Source: Raillietiella orientalis
Lineage: Eukaryota
DNA length: 64,000 nucleotides
Assembly: GCA_036172245.1 (NCBI GenBank)
Contig: JAYWIR010000052.1
Location: 744,001 to 808,000, forward strand
Reading direction: 5' to 3'
A program made the translations under genes and the position numbers. Position 1 is the stretch's first letter. Each line of letters begins with the position of its first letter. Below the pieces are notes generated by a model. It saw nothing but the letters and a program-made list of their open reading frames with translations, was not told where the DNA came from and did no database searches. Of this stretch, positions 62,171 to 64,000 are shown in pieces.

Positions 62171-63518
62171 AAAATTCTGCTTCCGAGTGACCCACATGTG
62201 GAGTTATCGCAATCTTAGTGCAGTGACGGAGCCTCATTCTGGAGGGGGCACCTCGAAGCCAGCACCCCTAACTCACCTGACCCTACCTAACCTCACATTC
62301 GGCCTCTTCTGTAGAGTCGCATCATGGCACCGACCGCTCTCTGGGGAGCCCTTCCTTAGGAGAAAGCAGCATTTGGCACCACGGAGACGAAGTGGGAGCG
62401 CTTCTTCTCCCCTCGCAGGTGGGACCTTTCAAGAGATCCTTCAGGAAATGGGGACTTGAGACCATCGCTAACCGAGATCCCAGATCCCAGCCTTGGCATG
62501 CGCCCTCAGCCTGCCACCCTTCTTATGGACCACGCGTCCGCCACTCCGCTTTCCTCCCTCTCTGGACCGGGCAGATCCCCCGGCCAGCGGGAGCGGATAT
62601 CCGGTCCTCGAAGCGAGGTTTCCGGAAGTGGGAGGTGGGGTGGAATTCTAGGATTTTTTGGATTGCTCTAGAGTTTTTCCACCACCTGCTCTTCCGGGCA
62701 GTCCTGAAGGTGCTTCCGCGTTCGAATGCTCAGGTGTGTGGCCTTCGCCTGGAGGAAACGGGATCGGCGATCTCCCCGACTGGGATCAGCCACCCGTCAG
62801 GTTTTGGTCGCTGCAGCGCTGAGGGAGTGGGGAGGTGGGTGGAAACCGACGAAGGGGAAGGGCAGCGGCGCGCCTCCTCCATCCCTGACGCCCGACTGCC
62901 TCCTCTCGCTCCCCGCAACTTGCATCACGGGCGTCCCAGGAATGCTGGAAGATTCAGGGCGCCGCCCATCTTTCTGGGTCCTCTGTCTGCTTCTTGGGGG
63001 TTCCCTGGGAACCTCATCATCCGCCAGACCTCACTGGTCCTACTCATCTCGCCATTCTTTGAGCCACTGGCGACAGGCAGCCGACGCGCCCACCCCTTCT
63101 TCAGATCATCAGGAGCGGCTCCAGGTCTACGACTCTCTGCAGGGTGGGTAAGCGGCAGGGGCGGAGCGCGTGCCAGGGCGTTGCCGAGGCGATGGTTTCA
63201 AGTAGGACGCGGGGGGAAGAACGCCTCGGCGGTGATGGTGGCTCCTGACAGGGGTCCGCCCTTCCCCACCGTTTTCCCGGCAGCTTGAGAAACTCCGCCC
63301 CCCTTTCACCCATTCTGTTGCTGCAGGCTCGCCATGTCTTCCAGCAGCCGTGGTCTACTCGCTAGTGGTGAGCCGATCAAGGACTCGTCCCTCAAGCGGT
63401 GCCGTCGCTGGCAGGAACCGAGCGCATGGACGGAAGGTGCTCCGGAGACCTTCCGTGTCGTTCCTCCGTGTTGGACCGCGCTGTTTCGACGGGCAATTCC
63501 GCGGTCTGTCGAGGTGAG

Positions 63519-63948
63519 CCCTGTGCGCGCATGCGCCGTCGCTGCAAGCGCTGAACCGTTTGGCCGAGCACAGTCCCCGCGAACCGTCGCTGGACAGAAA
63601 ACGCCCGGAAGCGCGATGCCGCCCTCTCGGCCCGTTTCGCCTGCTGCCTCGCATCGGATCGTCCCCTGATGACATCATCTTCCTCCCCTCGTGTGTACCA
63701 AACGTGTGGAGTCCTCCAAACTTGTATTCTGGCCCCTCGCACTGTTCTTTTGGGGTGAGGGTACGTCCAGCGTCACCTCCGTTGAGCCGGACTCTCGCCG
63801 TCCTCCACGGACAGTCCGAGGACGGTCCGGGGATTGCTTGCCACCAGGGATGCAGCGAACTTCCTGCGTCCGCTCACCCCACGCCACTTCCCTCTCGCGC
63901 GCGTACAGGGTGGAGCCTCTCTCTCTTTCGCCTTCAAGCCCCTCTCAA
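63519..63948 (-). repeat. Copy 2 (inverted) of the ~430-bp repeat at 49429-49857
   Basis: Reverse-complement match with few substitutions. Confidence 0.9.
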
Positions 63949-64000
63949 AGGGATGTCCACACCGGGTAGGATCGTGCGCAGGAGTGGAGTCCCCTTCCCC

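Noticed and set aside
19000..64000. Hundreds of overlapping 60-340 aa ORFs on both strands
   Set aside because: R/P/G/A/S-rich with no domains; expected from stop-codon scarcity in GC-rich DNA. Only frames with retroelement or transposase motifs were kept.

Overview
Eukaryotic (animal, invertebrate-like) genomic DNA with many short GT-AG introns; a nematode-type host is plausible but cannot be established from this window. There are two sharply different compartments. (1) About 1-15.3 kb is AT-rich and carries two divergently transcribed genes whose exons I could splice by hand into intact frames: ribophorin II / OST delta (RPN2, minus strand, 13 exons, 634 aa) and the replication-licensing ATPase Cdc6 (plus strand, 8 exons, 444 aa; E2F-like sites upstream; the normally conserved DRxLPRL box reads GCILSPL). 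(2) About 19-64 kb is a GC-rich, CpG-rich graveyard of retroelements. It holds one near-complete but disabled L1/Tx1-like APE-RT element (44.3-49 kb) that is interrupted by an antisense 5'-truncated copy of its own family with a 13-bp TSD, plus at least six further 3' fragments. Seven LINE ends share an AATAAA + stem-loop terminus with no poly(A). There is also a long (~870 bp) tRNA-headed, poly(A)-tailed SINE-like family whose body carries a variable array of twin C(UUCG)G-type hairpins, a NeSL/Utopia-like restriction-like-endonuclease remnant, further RT/APE and MULE remnants, and two recent long-range duplications. The hundreds of overlapping ORFs in the GC-rich part are almost all artefacts. 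No CRISPR, rRNA or intact tRNA gene was seen. All family assignments rest on motif recognition by eye, not on database searches.
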